Below are positions 1-10,834 of a DNA stretch of 64,000 nucleotides, one piece after another (position 1 is the first letter of the stretch; the number at the start of each line of letters is the position of its first letter). A program made the position numbers and the translations under genes. The notes under the pieces are model-generated. The model did no database searches and was not told the origin of the DNA. It was given only the letters and a program-made list of their open reading frames with translations. The DNA is from Octopus sinensis. Its lineage: Eukaryota. The stretch covers positions 14,384,001-14,448,000 of the forward strand of contig NC_042999.1 in NCBI RefSeq assembly GCF_006345805.1. The letters run 5' to 3'.

Positions 1-100
1 GGCTGCTGAATAATTGTCATATATTAGATTTACAGATATATTCCTCAATCTATATAATATCGAGGTCTCTTTCATTCTTTTGTTGTCTTACCATTTCTAT

Positions 101-103
<3 letters not shown>
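1..103 (+). mobile_element. 3' tail of the hammerhead-bearing PLE-like repeat family, ending in (TA)n
   Basis: Reverse complement closely matches 44398-44500 (ttgatag[a/t]aatggta[a/t]gacaacaaaagaatga..gagacctcgat). Its start (gaataattgtca[t/c]atat) is the sequence that follows the hammerhead at 59050-59070. Confidence 0.65.
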
Positions 104-141
<38 letters not shown>

Positions 142-464
142 AGATAGATGGATAGATAGATAGATAATCAAACAGATATAGATCAGTTGCAGGATTCCTT
201 AGAATTTAAGTATATCAACATGTAGGGCACCAGGATTGGCTGGGTACTACATTGAGCTTGTTTTTTGTTGTTTTAGTCCACTCAGCTGTCCATGGATAAT
301 CCTGCAATGGACTGCCATTCCATTCAATGGGGATGTTGGCCAGACACATGTTTCAGAGAAGACTAGAAACAAACAGCATCACTTTTATCAAGGTGATGTT
401 CATTTACGCACACACACACACACACACACTTGCCATGTATATACATATGTGTATATATTCTTTT

Positions 465-682
465 ATTCTTTTTACTGTTGCAGTCATTTGCCTGTGACCA
501 TGCTAGAGTACTGCCTTTAGTTGAGCAAATCGACCCCAGGGTTTATTCTTTGTAAGCCTAGTACGTATTCTATCAGTCTATTTTATTGAACCACTAAGTT
601 ACTGGGATGTAAATGCACCAGCATCAGTTGTCAAGTGATGTTGGGGTGGTGGGACAAACACACACACATACATATATATAAA
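465..682 (-). mobile_element. SINE family A, 3' half (split by the Tc1 insertion)
   Basis: Matches the reverse complement of the tail of intact copies at 8214-8633 and 53677-54091. Confidence 0.8.
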
Positions 683-1856
683 CAGGAGTTGGACAAAATA
701 ATGGAAACACATTAAAATTTCAAACAAATTTATTTTAATATGGGGTAGGATCACCTTTGGCAGTAATTGCAGCTTGAATTCTGTGAGGTATGGACTTGTA
801 CAAAGTTTGAATTGTTTCCAAAGAAATTTTTGTCCATTCTTCAGCTAAAACTGTCTCCAGTTCTTGTAGTGATTATGGTGGAGGATATTGACTCCTTACT
901 TATTTTTCTAAAAAGCACCATAAATATTCAATAATATTAAGATCTGGGGACTGTGGTGGCCAGATAAGATGTTCAACTTCAGTAGAATGTTCCTTGTGCC
1001 ATTGAGTAACAACTTTAACTGTGTGAATTGGTGCATTATCATCCTAAAAGACTGTGTTTCCCCCTGGAAACAGGTCTGCAGCCATAGGATGAATTTGATT
1101 AGATAAAATGCTTAAATAGTTTTGACTATTAATTCTGCCATGAAGGCAGTCTGGGTCAAATGCTTCTTTTGGTAGTCTCTACATGTATACTCGGCCAGTG
1201 GTCGGAAATAAGGTACAGGATGACTCGTTCAAGAAAATAACATTCTTCCACTGTTCTAGGTTCAGTAGGTTTTTATTCCATTCTAAATTCTTTGCAAAGT
1301 TTGTTTTTGAAAGTAGTGGTTTTCTGATTGCAGCCCTCCTGTGAAATCCAGTTTTGTGCAGCTCCTGGCAAACAGTTTTTCTGGAAACTGGGTTCTTGAG
1401 GTGGTCATTAAGCTCTGCAGTAATTTTGGGAGCTGTACTTTTGTGATCCTTTCTAACAATTGGCATAAGAGTCCAACGGTCCCTATCTGAAAGATTTGGT
1501 TTTCTTCTGGAGTTTTGTTTTGACGAGGAGGTTTTTTTTTCTTTCTCAAAGGTTGTCATTACTTTCGAGGCAGTACTTCTTGATACGCCAAACATTTCAG
1601 CTAATTTCGCTACACTAGCACCTGCCATATGAGCACCAATAATTTGACCTCTTTGAAAGTACGATAGATCTGTCATTTTAATGAATTTTTAATTACCTTT
1701 TTCTGATGATATCTGAAAAGGAACAGCAATTTTAGCAAAACATATTAAGCAACACTAATAATAAATCAAAAGCCATAAAAATAAATAAGCTGTTGATGGT
1801 TTTATAGATATTTGAAAATTATGATGCTATGTGTTTCCATTATTTTGTTCACCCTG
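683..1856 (-). mobile_element. Tc1-like DNA transposon (DD36E type), 1174 bp, defective
   Basis: TIRs 683-710 (caggagttggacaaaataatggaaacac) and 1831-1856 (rc cagggtgaacaaaataatggaaacac) enclose a transposase pseudogene. The TA TSDs have decayed into flanking microsatellite. Confidence 0.92.
735..1676 (-). pseudogene. Tc1 transposase pseudogene (HTH + DDE)
   Basis: ORF 1179-1676 has the Tc1/Tc3 HTH region and IFLNES (first D replaced by N). Manual translation continues in frame: RLPKEAFDPDCL/HGRINSQNY..VF*DDNAPIHTVKVVTQWHKEHSTEVEHLIWPPQSPDLNIIEYLW..AKGDPTPY*. Four internal stops, plus an apparent internal deletion between DCL and HGRI. Confidence 0.92.
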
Positions 1857-2047
1857 TGTGTGTGTATATATATATATATATATAATGGGTTTCTTTCATT
1901 TTCTGTGTACTAAATCTACTCCCGAGTCTTTGGTTGGCCCAAGGCTATAATAGAAGACACATGTCCAGGGTGTCACGCAGTGGGACTGAACCTGGAACCA
2001 TATAGTTAGTAAACAAGCTACTTACCATACAGCCACTCCTGTGCCTA
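1857..2047 (-). mobile_element. SINE family A, 5' half with tRNA-like head
   Basis: rc aggagtggctgtatggtaagtagcttgtttactaac..ggttccaggttcagtccca; A/B-box-like motifs as in intact copies. Confidence 0.8.
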
Positions 2048-2053
2048 TATGTG

Positions 2054-2168
<115 letters not shown>

Positions 2169-2177
2169 CACACACAA

Positions 2178-2338
2178 TTGGCGCCTTACAGTTTCCATCT
2201 GCTAAATCCACAAACAAGGTTTGATCAACCTGAGGCTATTGTAGAAAACATTTGCCCAAGGTGCCACACAGTGGAACTGAACTTGAAACCGCATGGTTGG
2301 GAAGCAAACTTCTCAACCACACAGCCATGCTTACACCT
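2178..2338 (-). mobile_element. SINE family A head fragment
   Basis: Similarity to the family A head and core. Confidence 0.7.
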
Positions 2339-3341
2339 ATTTTTGTGTGTGTCTGTGTGGGTGGTTGTATGGACATATTAAAATCAAATTACAGGCTAAA
2401 ATGTGATTTTTGATTAATACATTTGGTGAACATTTTTCTTTCTATTTTGTTAATCCTATTAGAATTTGATAATGCAAAGAAAAAAATATAATTTTAATTT
2501 TTAATTAGAGTTTTATAATAGAATTATTTATGATAATATTTTAATTAAATATATCAAAGATATAATTTTAATGTTTAATTGAACCTTTTCGATAAAAATA
2601 TTCACGCTTATATTTTAAGCGATGATAAATCAAAGGTATTATAATTTTAATATTTAATTAAACAGTTTTAATCAAAATATTAATGTTAGGCATTTAAAAA
2701 GAAACATATTTTCCCCCACCACAAGTCTTGACTAATCCCTCCTGTTGTGTGTATGTGTTTGTATCATGTTTGTGTATTTATTAAATTGTCTGTCTGCTTC
2801 CCGCCTACACATACATATTGAAAACTCATTAGAGTGTTATCACTCTAGTTCATAATATCCTCAACTTACATCCTCTATTTTCTGTGCCAGACAATTTACA
2901 AATGTATACATTTATTTAATGAATCTTCCATCACTATTTTGGCGAGTATGACAAAGTCTATGCTCCACTGATGAGATCGTAATAAGACTGAAATATGTCC
3001 AAAATTGCCTACCATACTTTCCAAAATGATTAAAATAACATTAGTTATTGACTAATATTGATTTTTCTTTCCCTTGATGCATGATTATTTCTCATTAGCA
3101 TATTTAATGTAGGGAGCATTAAAAGATCTCACCATTTTAACTATTGATCTGAATAGCGTCCAAATGAAATAGCTGAATAGCTATGAATTGGATTACTAGT
3201 TCAAAGATCTTGAATTGAAAACCACTGCTGGTGCACTTGTATACTTGGGGCAATATACTTAGTTGTGGTTAGCTCTGCTCTCTGAGTTTCTGGGAACAGA
3301 TGGTACCAGGCCTCCTTGAAGTGTTAGCTGAACAAACTTAC

Positions 3342-3468
3342 ATTCCCACTACTGAATAGCTCATCTCTGATCCTTCTAACTCTTTGTCTCCAACCAGCCT
3401 TGAGATACCAATTGCCTCTGGTTCTTTGATACAAATTTTCCTTGTTTTAAAGTGGTTTAAATTAAAGC
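3342..3468 (-). CDS. Candidate internal coding exon (127 nt, phase 1/2), product unidentified
   Basis: Acceptor attaacatattttttgatgacag| and donor AT|gtaagt. One frame is open over the whole exon: FNLNHFKTRKICIKEPEAIGISRLVGDKELEGSEMSYSVVG. Unique sequence. Confidence 0.4.
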
Positions 3469-3719
3469 CTGTCATCAAAAAATATGTTAATTTATGGCTC
3501 AAACACCGCTTTAATAATGGCAAAATTATTTTACTAAAATCTTCAGTATTTTAAAAATTAACTGGAACAAAAGTGGTGTGCATTTCAATTGAAACATGTT
3601 AACAAAAGAATTAAAATGACAGGACTAGAACTAAGTGCGACCTTTTGAAATTCCCCTTAGGGTTAGAAAACTTTGGTGGGGGTGGGTGTCAACCTCGGGG
3701 ACACACACACAAACACACA

Positions 3720-3925
3720 CCTCTGGCCCCTGTACCAATGACACATAAAAGGCACCCACTATACTCTCTGAGTGGTTGGCATAAGGAAGGGTATCCAGCT
3801 GTAGAAACACTGCCAGATCAGATTGGGGCCTGGTGCAGCTTCCTAGCTTCCTAGACACCAGTCGAACCGTCCAACCTATGCCAGCATGGAAAACGGACAT
3901 TAGATGATGATGATGATGATGATGA
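3720..3925 (+). mobile_element. SINE family C (RTE-type tail ending in (GAT)n)
   Basis: gtggttggcataaggaagggtatccagctgtagaaac..gaaccgtccaacctatgccagcatggaaaacggacattagatgatgat; same family at 10652, 12790, 18400, 21118, 28205, 35890 and 63707. Confidence 0.8.
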
Positions 3926-3928
3926 CAA

Positions 3929-4090
3929 CAGGCTTCTTACAGTTTTTATCTGCAAAATCTACTCACAAGGCTTGATTGGCACTAGTCTATAGTAGGTGAC
4001 ACTTGCCCAAAGTGCCATGCTGTGGAACTGAATCCAGAACCATGTGGTTGGGAAGCAAGTTTCTTACCACACAACCATTACACCTATACA
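3929..4090 (-). mobile_element. SINE family A head fragment
   Basis: Similarity to the family A head. Confidence 0.7.
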
Positions 4091-4655
4091 TTTCCTTACC
4101 ATACAGTAAATTTCTCTGGGGGCTAGAGAACATCCACTGCAAAGGACATTTTTATTCAGTTTCAGTTATTTTTGAGGTTGTGTGTTTATGCAGGTATACA
4201 TGTAGACGCCCACACAGACACTTAAAATTCCTCATCGAAATTCTTTTAAAGTCAAGTCTATCGTTTGATGATGCAATGTTCTTCGAAGTGTAAGCATCAT
4301 TTCATTTGATAAAATTCAAAAGTTCACTGTAAGGAGTTTAGATTCTGTGGGAATGAGTAAGCCAGTGAGTATATCTGTATTTCTGAAGTTACTACGTGTA
4401 TTAAAAAGAATGTTTATAAATAATTATTTTAGTGATAGTTTCTTGACATTTAAATAGTTAAGGAGTTAACATTGAAACAGGAGCATCTTGCTCAGTAAAT
4501 ACTTACACCTGAAATTCATACAAAAATGTTTTCATAAACTTATTTTATTGCTCATGAATAGAGATAAAAACACAAGTCAGTTTTAAAATATTGAAGTAAG
4601 TTTTATATCCTGCCACAGGTTGGTATAGATAAATTATTTATTTATAGATAAATTT

Positions 4656-4889
4656 AAGGTGATGAGCTGACAAAAACGTTAGCACACCAGGCGAAATGCG
4701 TAGCCGTATTTCGTCTGCCGTTATGTTCTGAGTTCAAATTCCACCGAGGTCGACTTTGCCTTTCATCCTTTTGGGGTCGATTAAATAAGTACCAGTTACA
4801 GACTGGGGTCGATCTAATCGACTTAATCCGTTTGTCTGTCCTTGTTTGTCCTCTCTGTGTTTAGCCCCTTGTGGTCAGTAAAAGAAATA
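4656..4889 (+). mobile_element. SINE family B monomer with 16-bp TSD
   Basis: Head gagctgacaaaaacgttagc, B-box-like gagttcaaattcc, core gcctttcatccttttggggtcgatta. TSD ggtatagataaattat at 4622-4637 and 4890-4905. Confidence 0.88.
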
Positions 4890-5765
4890 GGTATAGATAA
4901 ATTATGCAGCGGAGGTTTAATCAATGTGTTCACATGATGTACTTCATGAGACTACCCAAACGCTCTCTCCCAACTACTACCGACCTTTATTCTTTATAAG
5001 AGTTTGGTTAGTCCTTTCTCCAATCCTTCAGGAGTGTCAATGATTCTTGCCACAACAGTAAGGTAAAATTTTCTCTTTAGCCTTTAAACTATAAATATTA
5101 GTTTCAAATTTTGACATGAGGCCAGCAACTTTAGGAGGGAGTAAGTAGTTTATATTGACCCCATTGCTTAACTGGTTCTTATTTTATTGACCCCCCCCCC
5201 CAAAGGATAAAAGATAAAGTTGGTCTCGGTGGAATTTGAACTTGGAATGTAAAGATGGATGAAGTGCCACAAAGTATTTTGTCTGGAATGCTAATGATTT
5301 GGCCAGCTCACCATCTTCATTTAAACTATAATATTTTCATATTCTGTATAGTTTTATCTTTAGGTGCATACATAGCTATATGGTTGAGAAGCTTAGCATA
5401 GTTCTGTTTCTGATATCACAGTGCTGCATCATGGGCAACTGAGTTCTACAGCACTGAGTCAACCGATACTATGTTAGTGGAATTTGGTAAGCACAAATGT
5501 GTAGAAGCCTGTCGAATTTGTTGATGTCATAGGGAAATGCAAGACTAGTACAAAGTTTTTTTTTATATGGAGAGGAGAGAAGAGCTGTAATATGACAGAC
5601 CCATTCTCTTACTCTCTTGTTTTTACGCAATACACCCAGGGACAAGAGAAAATCAAGACAATGGAATTTGTATGAAAATGTACATGATAATCAAAAATGA
5701 CTAAAAAGATCTTTAAATCTTCGAGTCCTATCTAACAAATATACATATACATATATATATATTTA

Positions 5766-5905
5766 TGTCGCCATGATAGATCGGTAGCCTCTACACACAT
5801 TTTTTTCTTTCCTTGTTTCTCTCCTTGTTTTTTTTTTCTGTGTCCCTTTCTGTAGAAGAGCGTAGTCTCGAAACATAAAAGCCTTTTTCTACTCCTGAGC
5901 GTTAT
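5766..5905 (+). mobile_element. PLE-like terminal fragment with degenerate hammerhead-like core
   Basis: cttt-CTGTAGA-A-GAGC gtag TCTC-GAAAC-ATA-aaag at 5846-5881; same family as 17820-18006. Confidence 0.5.
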
Positions 5906-7090
5906 ATATGTATGTATCTATGTGCCTGTGTCTTTTTGTTTGTTTTTGAACCCTAACATTGCTTAACAACTAGTGTTGACCTTTGTCATGTCCATGTAAC
6001 TTAACAGTTTGACAAAAAAGACATCAATAGAAAAACAGGCTTAAAAAAAATAAATACTGGAATTAATCAGATTGAGTGAACCCTTGAAGGTGATGCCCCA
6101 GCATGGCTACAGTCCAAGGACTGAAACTAATAAAAGATAAAAAAATAAAGATATATCTATGTTTGTGTGTGCATGTATGTCCATGCATGAAGGGTGTCGA
6201 AATTATGATGATATTTGATTGACAACTGATGAGAGAGTTACACTGAGTGTGTCTGCATCTGTTGGGTGATTTTCACATTTTTTCTTCTGTTTACACTTAA
6301 ATTCCTTTATTGTCACTCTGTGCCACCTATTCATACATATAACACACATACACACGTCTAACAACCTTGCTTGTAGTTTCTGTAATGATTGCCAATACTC
6401 AGAGAGCCTTGGTTACTCCAAAGCAATGGTAAATTCACTTGCTCAAGATTCATGCTTAGAAATGAACCTAGAACCACAGAACCGCATTGGTGTGAAGCAA
6501 ACTTCTTAACGACATAACCTTGACTGTTTCATCATCATCTTCAAAGAAGTTTTGTGATCATATTGATATTATCGAAAGGAATATGATTCATAATTTAAAT
6601 TAGGAAATTTGTGAACTTTGAATGTATGAGAGTATAAAGAAGTGAAAAATAGTGTAAACGACTAAAATAAAAGTATATCTAAATAACATTTTTTTCTTAA
6701 TACTTTTTATGAAGTGGTCAAAGGAAGCTTTGGCTTTCATTAGGAGTGATCCACGTAACCATTCATGATACAGAGGCTGGGAGCCTATTTCAGTTTGGGA
6801 GTGAATCTTCATCACATGTCACTGAGTCACAAACATCTGTCATATAGCTGCAACAGAATGCTGTACCACCAACAATAATGTGATTTCTCTAAGACATCAC
6901 CCAGTAATCTATCAAAGTCCATTTACACATTTCTCAATAAATACTGCTGTTATGACTTCCATTCCTCATTTTATACCTCCATCGTAGATGAGTAGATTTG
7001 CTAGTATATATAATTTTAGATGTAGGGAAAGAGAATGAGAAGAATTTAAGAAAAGTAATAAATTATTTATATATGTATAAATTACTTATA

Positions 7091-7137
<47 letters not shown>

Positions 7138-7942
7138 GTATATATATATATACACACACGCATATACAGGGAGTGAGAGAGAGAGAGAGACGGGCAAAGT
7201 AAATAGAAAGAAACTCAATATACTAAAGCATAACTACATGCTTCTTTGAAATATTTATATACGAGTGTGTTTGTGTGTGCATATGTATGTGTGTATGTGT
7301 GTGTGTATACATGCACATGTGTGAGTTCCATTGATATATGCATTTGGATCAACACAGAGTTGACTTGCAACAAAAATATAGTTTCTAAGGCTATGTGTTG
7401 TGTCACAAGTAATCTAAGTCAAACATAGATTACGAAGAACATATCTACATAATCAAAGGAAATCTTCAGAGACTCTAAAGCAAGCAAGACTGGATTGGTA
7501 TGTTACGTTAGAAGTAAAAGAAGTATATCTATTTAAAATACAGGCATAAAACTGATAACAAAGTATAAAGAAAGAAAATGCTTTTAAGATTATACATGAA
7601 GAAAAACATATATAAGCATTACACACAGACACACACACTCTCTCTAACATGTATCCTTATCTCTTACTTTTTTACTTGTTTCGGTCATTGGACTGTGGCC
7701 ATGCTGTGACACCCACCTTGAAGCCTTCTCAGTCAAACAAATCTGCTTCACTACTTATCATGTCTGGTGCTTATTCGATCAGCTTCTGAACTGTTAAGTT
7801 ACAAGGATGTAGACAAACAGACACAAACATACACAAAGACACTCTCTCTATATATATATATGTATAGGGAGAGTTTACGAAAAAACAAAAGACGAAGACA
7901 GGTGGTGTACAAAACAAACAGATGTATTAGTATAATGCTAGT

Positions 7943-7991
<49 letters not shown>

Positions 7992-8183
7992 TACATACAT
8001 ACACACATGTCTATAATGAACTGTTAGTGCCAAGCAGTGTTTAGGCATAAGCAAAATTTAGGTTAGTTAAAATATGTTTATGACATGTTTCAGATGCTAG
8101 AAGACAAATACACTCCAGTTACTGTGGGGAAAAAATCTCTCTTATGGTAAAAGGTGTGAAAACACCAAGTTTATTCAGTGACA

Positions 8184-8213
<30 letters not shown>

Positions 8214-8216
<3 letters not shown>

Positions 8217-8633
8217 TGCAGGAGTGGCTGTGTGGTAAGTAGCTTGCTTACGAACCACATGGTTCCAAGTTCATTCCCACTGTGTGGCACCTTGGGTAAG
8301 TGTCTTCTACTATAGCCTCAGGCCGACCAAAGCCTTGTGAGTGGATTTGGTAGACAGAAACTGAAGGAAGCCTATCATATATATGTAGATATATGTATAT
8401 ATATATGTATGTGTGTGTGTGTGTATTTGTTTGTGTGTCTGTGTTTGTTCCCCCCAACATCGCTTGACAACCCATAGTGTTGTGTGTGTTTCCGTCCCCG
8501 TAACTTAGCGGTTCAGCAAAAAAGACCGATAGAATAAGTACTAGGCTTACAAAGAATAAGTCCTGGGGTCGATTTGCTCGACTAAAGGTGGTGCTCCAGC
8601 ATGGCCACAGTCAAATGAATGAAACAAGTAAAG
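8214..8633 (+). mobile_element. SINE family A, full length
   Basis: tRNA-like head, core ccttgggtaagtgtcttctactatagcc..gtggatttggtagac, central (TA)/(TG) microsatellite, tail ggtgctccagcatggccacagtcaaatga. Confidence 0.9.
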
Positions 8634-8865
8634 GGAGATATCATGGGCTTCCACATAATTTCCATCTATCATATTCACTCATAAGACACTTTGCTCAAGA
8701 TGCCACACAGTGGGACTGAACCTGAAACCATGTGGTTACAAAATGAGCTTTTGAACTACATGGACACTCTCACATGTGTGTGTGTATGTGTGTATACTAT
8801 AGTAAAGAAGCAGGGGTAAAAGTAGTCAATACATTACTTAAATAGACTGATATATTCTGGGTTAA

Positions 8866-8975
8866 TGTCCTCATCTTGGTCTTTATTGTTACAACATCAC
8901 AGCTGTTGTACTTGCCAGCCTCCCTCAGGTGCTTCTGATACTTTGTAATGTTCTATAACCACCAAGATGAGGACA
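8866..8975. repeat. Small element with perfect 15-bp inverted repeats
   Basis: tgtcctcatcttggt (8866-8880) and accaagatgaggaca (8961-8975). Confidence 0.7.
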
Positions 8976-9502
8976 CTAGTTGACTATAATGATAATACCT
9001 CAGCTGAGAACTTCAAAGAAAATTTTACTTAAATATATGTACTAACAGTTATTTATCTATTTATTTATTTATTTTTCAGTTATTTATTTATTCAATTATG
9101 TTGCAATACTGTGTGAATATTTCAAGTTTTAACATGCATATGCGCATTCCTTAAAGACACAGATATATTCACTCATATAACTTCTCATATACACAGACAT
9201 AGAGCAGTGTGGTACAAATACCACTGTACATTCAGATTTTTCTTGAAATATAATTATACTATATTACAGAGATCTACTTGCATAACATTACATATGTGTA
9301 TATATACATATATATATAAGCAAAATATATATCAAATATTTTATGTATATATTTAAGAGATCTACTTTCATATATTTAAGAGCTAAAAGAAGTTCTAAAT
9401 TCTCTCTCATATATACACACACACACACACACACACATGTATAATATATTTATTTATATATATTTTATATATTTATTGATATATATATATATATATACAT
9501 AT

Positions 9503-9549
<47 letters not shown>

Positions 9550-9725
9550 ATATAATGTGTGTGTGTGTGTGAAGGGTTTGTATGTGTCATATAATCTTGT
9601 ATAAGACTCAGGGGCCTTGAGTCACTAATGTGTCTTCACAGTTAATAAATGAATGAATGTGTGTGTATCTCTATATAAAGACCTGAAGAAACAGAAACTC
9701 AACATAGTGGTAATAACAACTAATA

Positions 9726-9774
<49 letters not shown>

Positions 9775-10597
9775 GTATGTATGTATATATGTATGTATAT
9801 ATATGATTAGACATAGACATGATTACAGATATACAAACACACATTCATTTGTATACCATCAACATAATGATTTTAGCATCTATTTTCCTATCGGATAAAT
9901 ATGAAACATAAAACATCTCATTTGTGAAACACACCATTCTCGAATTTGCACTTGACACCTCCTGTGCACCCCACCCTACCACCACCGCTCATCCCCTCTA
10001 CCGCCACTCCCCCCTCCCCCACCATACTAGTCTTCCTTTGCTCGGCTTCAACAATGGTTACGCTCTTATTATCAACTAACATCGCGTCTTTTCAACCGAC
10101 ATCTAACAACATCCAGTACAACATATTATATCAGATAATATTGCATCATATCATATTACAATGTGTATACACACACATGCACATATACAGACAAATACAT
10201 ATACACATATACAGACAAGTATACACACGCACACAGTTAATCTCATGCAAGCACATACAGAAATATTTGGTAATGAATGTATGTTTATATTTCAGGAAAA
10301 ATCTAAATGATATGCTGCTCTATGTGTACGAGTATGTCTGTATATACATATATACATACATACATACACTCACATTTGTATAGACATGTACATAGTTATT
10401 GGGAAATGAAAGTTTTATACCATCACTTCTATTAGTTGTTAATTGAGTATTGTCACTCAAAATGTATTCACAATCCTACATACAATAAACTCTACTACTT
10501 TTATCTACTACATATATGTATACAGAACTATGTATATCCGTGTGTGTGTATATATGTTTACAATATGTGCGTGTATATTTATATGTTGGTGTGTGTT

Positions 10598-10651
<54 letters not shown>

Positions 10652-10653
<2 letters not shown>

Positions 10654-10834
10654 TCATCATCATTATCGTTTAACGTCCACTTTCCATGCTAGCATGAGCT
10701 GGACAATTTGATTGATGTCTGGCGAACCAGATGGCTGCACCAGACTCCAGTCAGATCTGGCAGAGTTTGTACGGCTGGATGCCCTTCCTAACGCCAACCA
10801 CTCCGAGAGTGTAGTGGGTGCTTTTACATGCCAC
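10652..10834 (-). mobile_element. SINE family C
   Basis: (CAT)n followed by tttaacgtccactttccatgctagc..ggatgcccttcctaacgccaaccac. Confidence 0.85.

Noticed and set aside
236-520. 94-aa ORF
   Set aside because: Made of a SINE-D-like fragment, (CA)n and a SINE-A tail.
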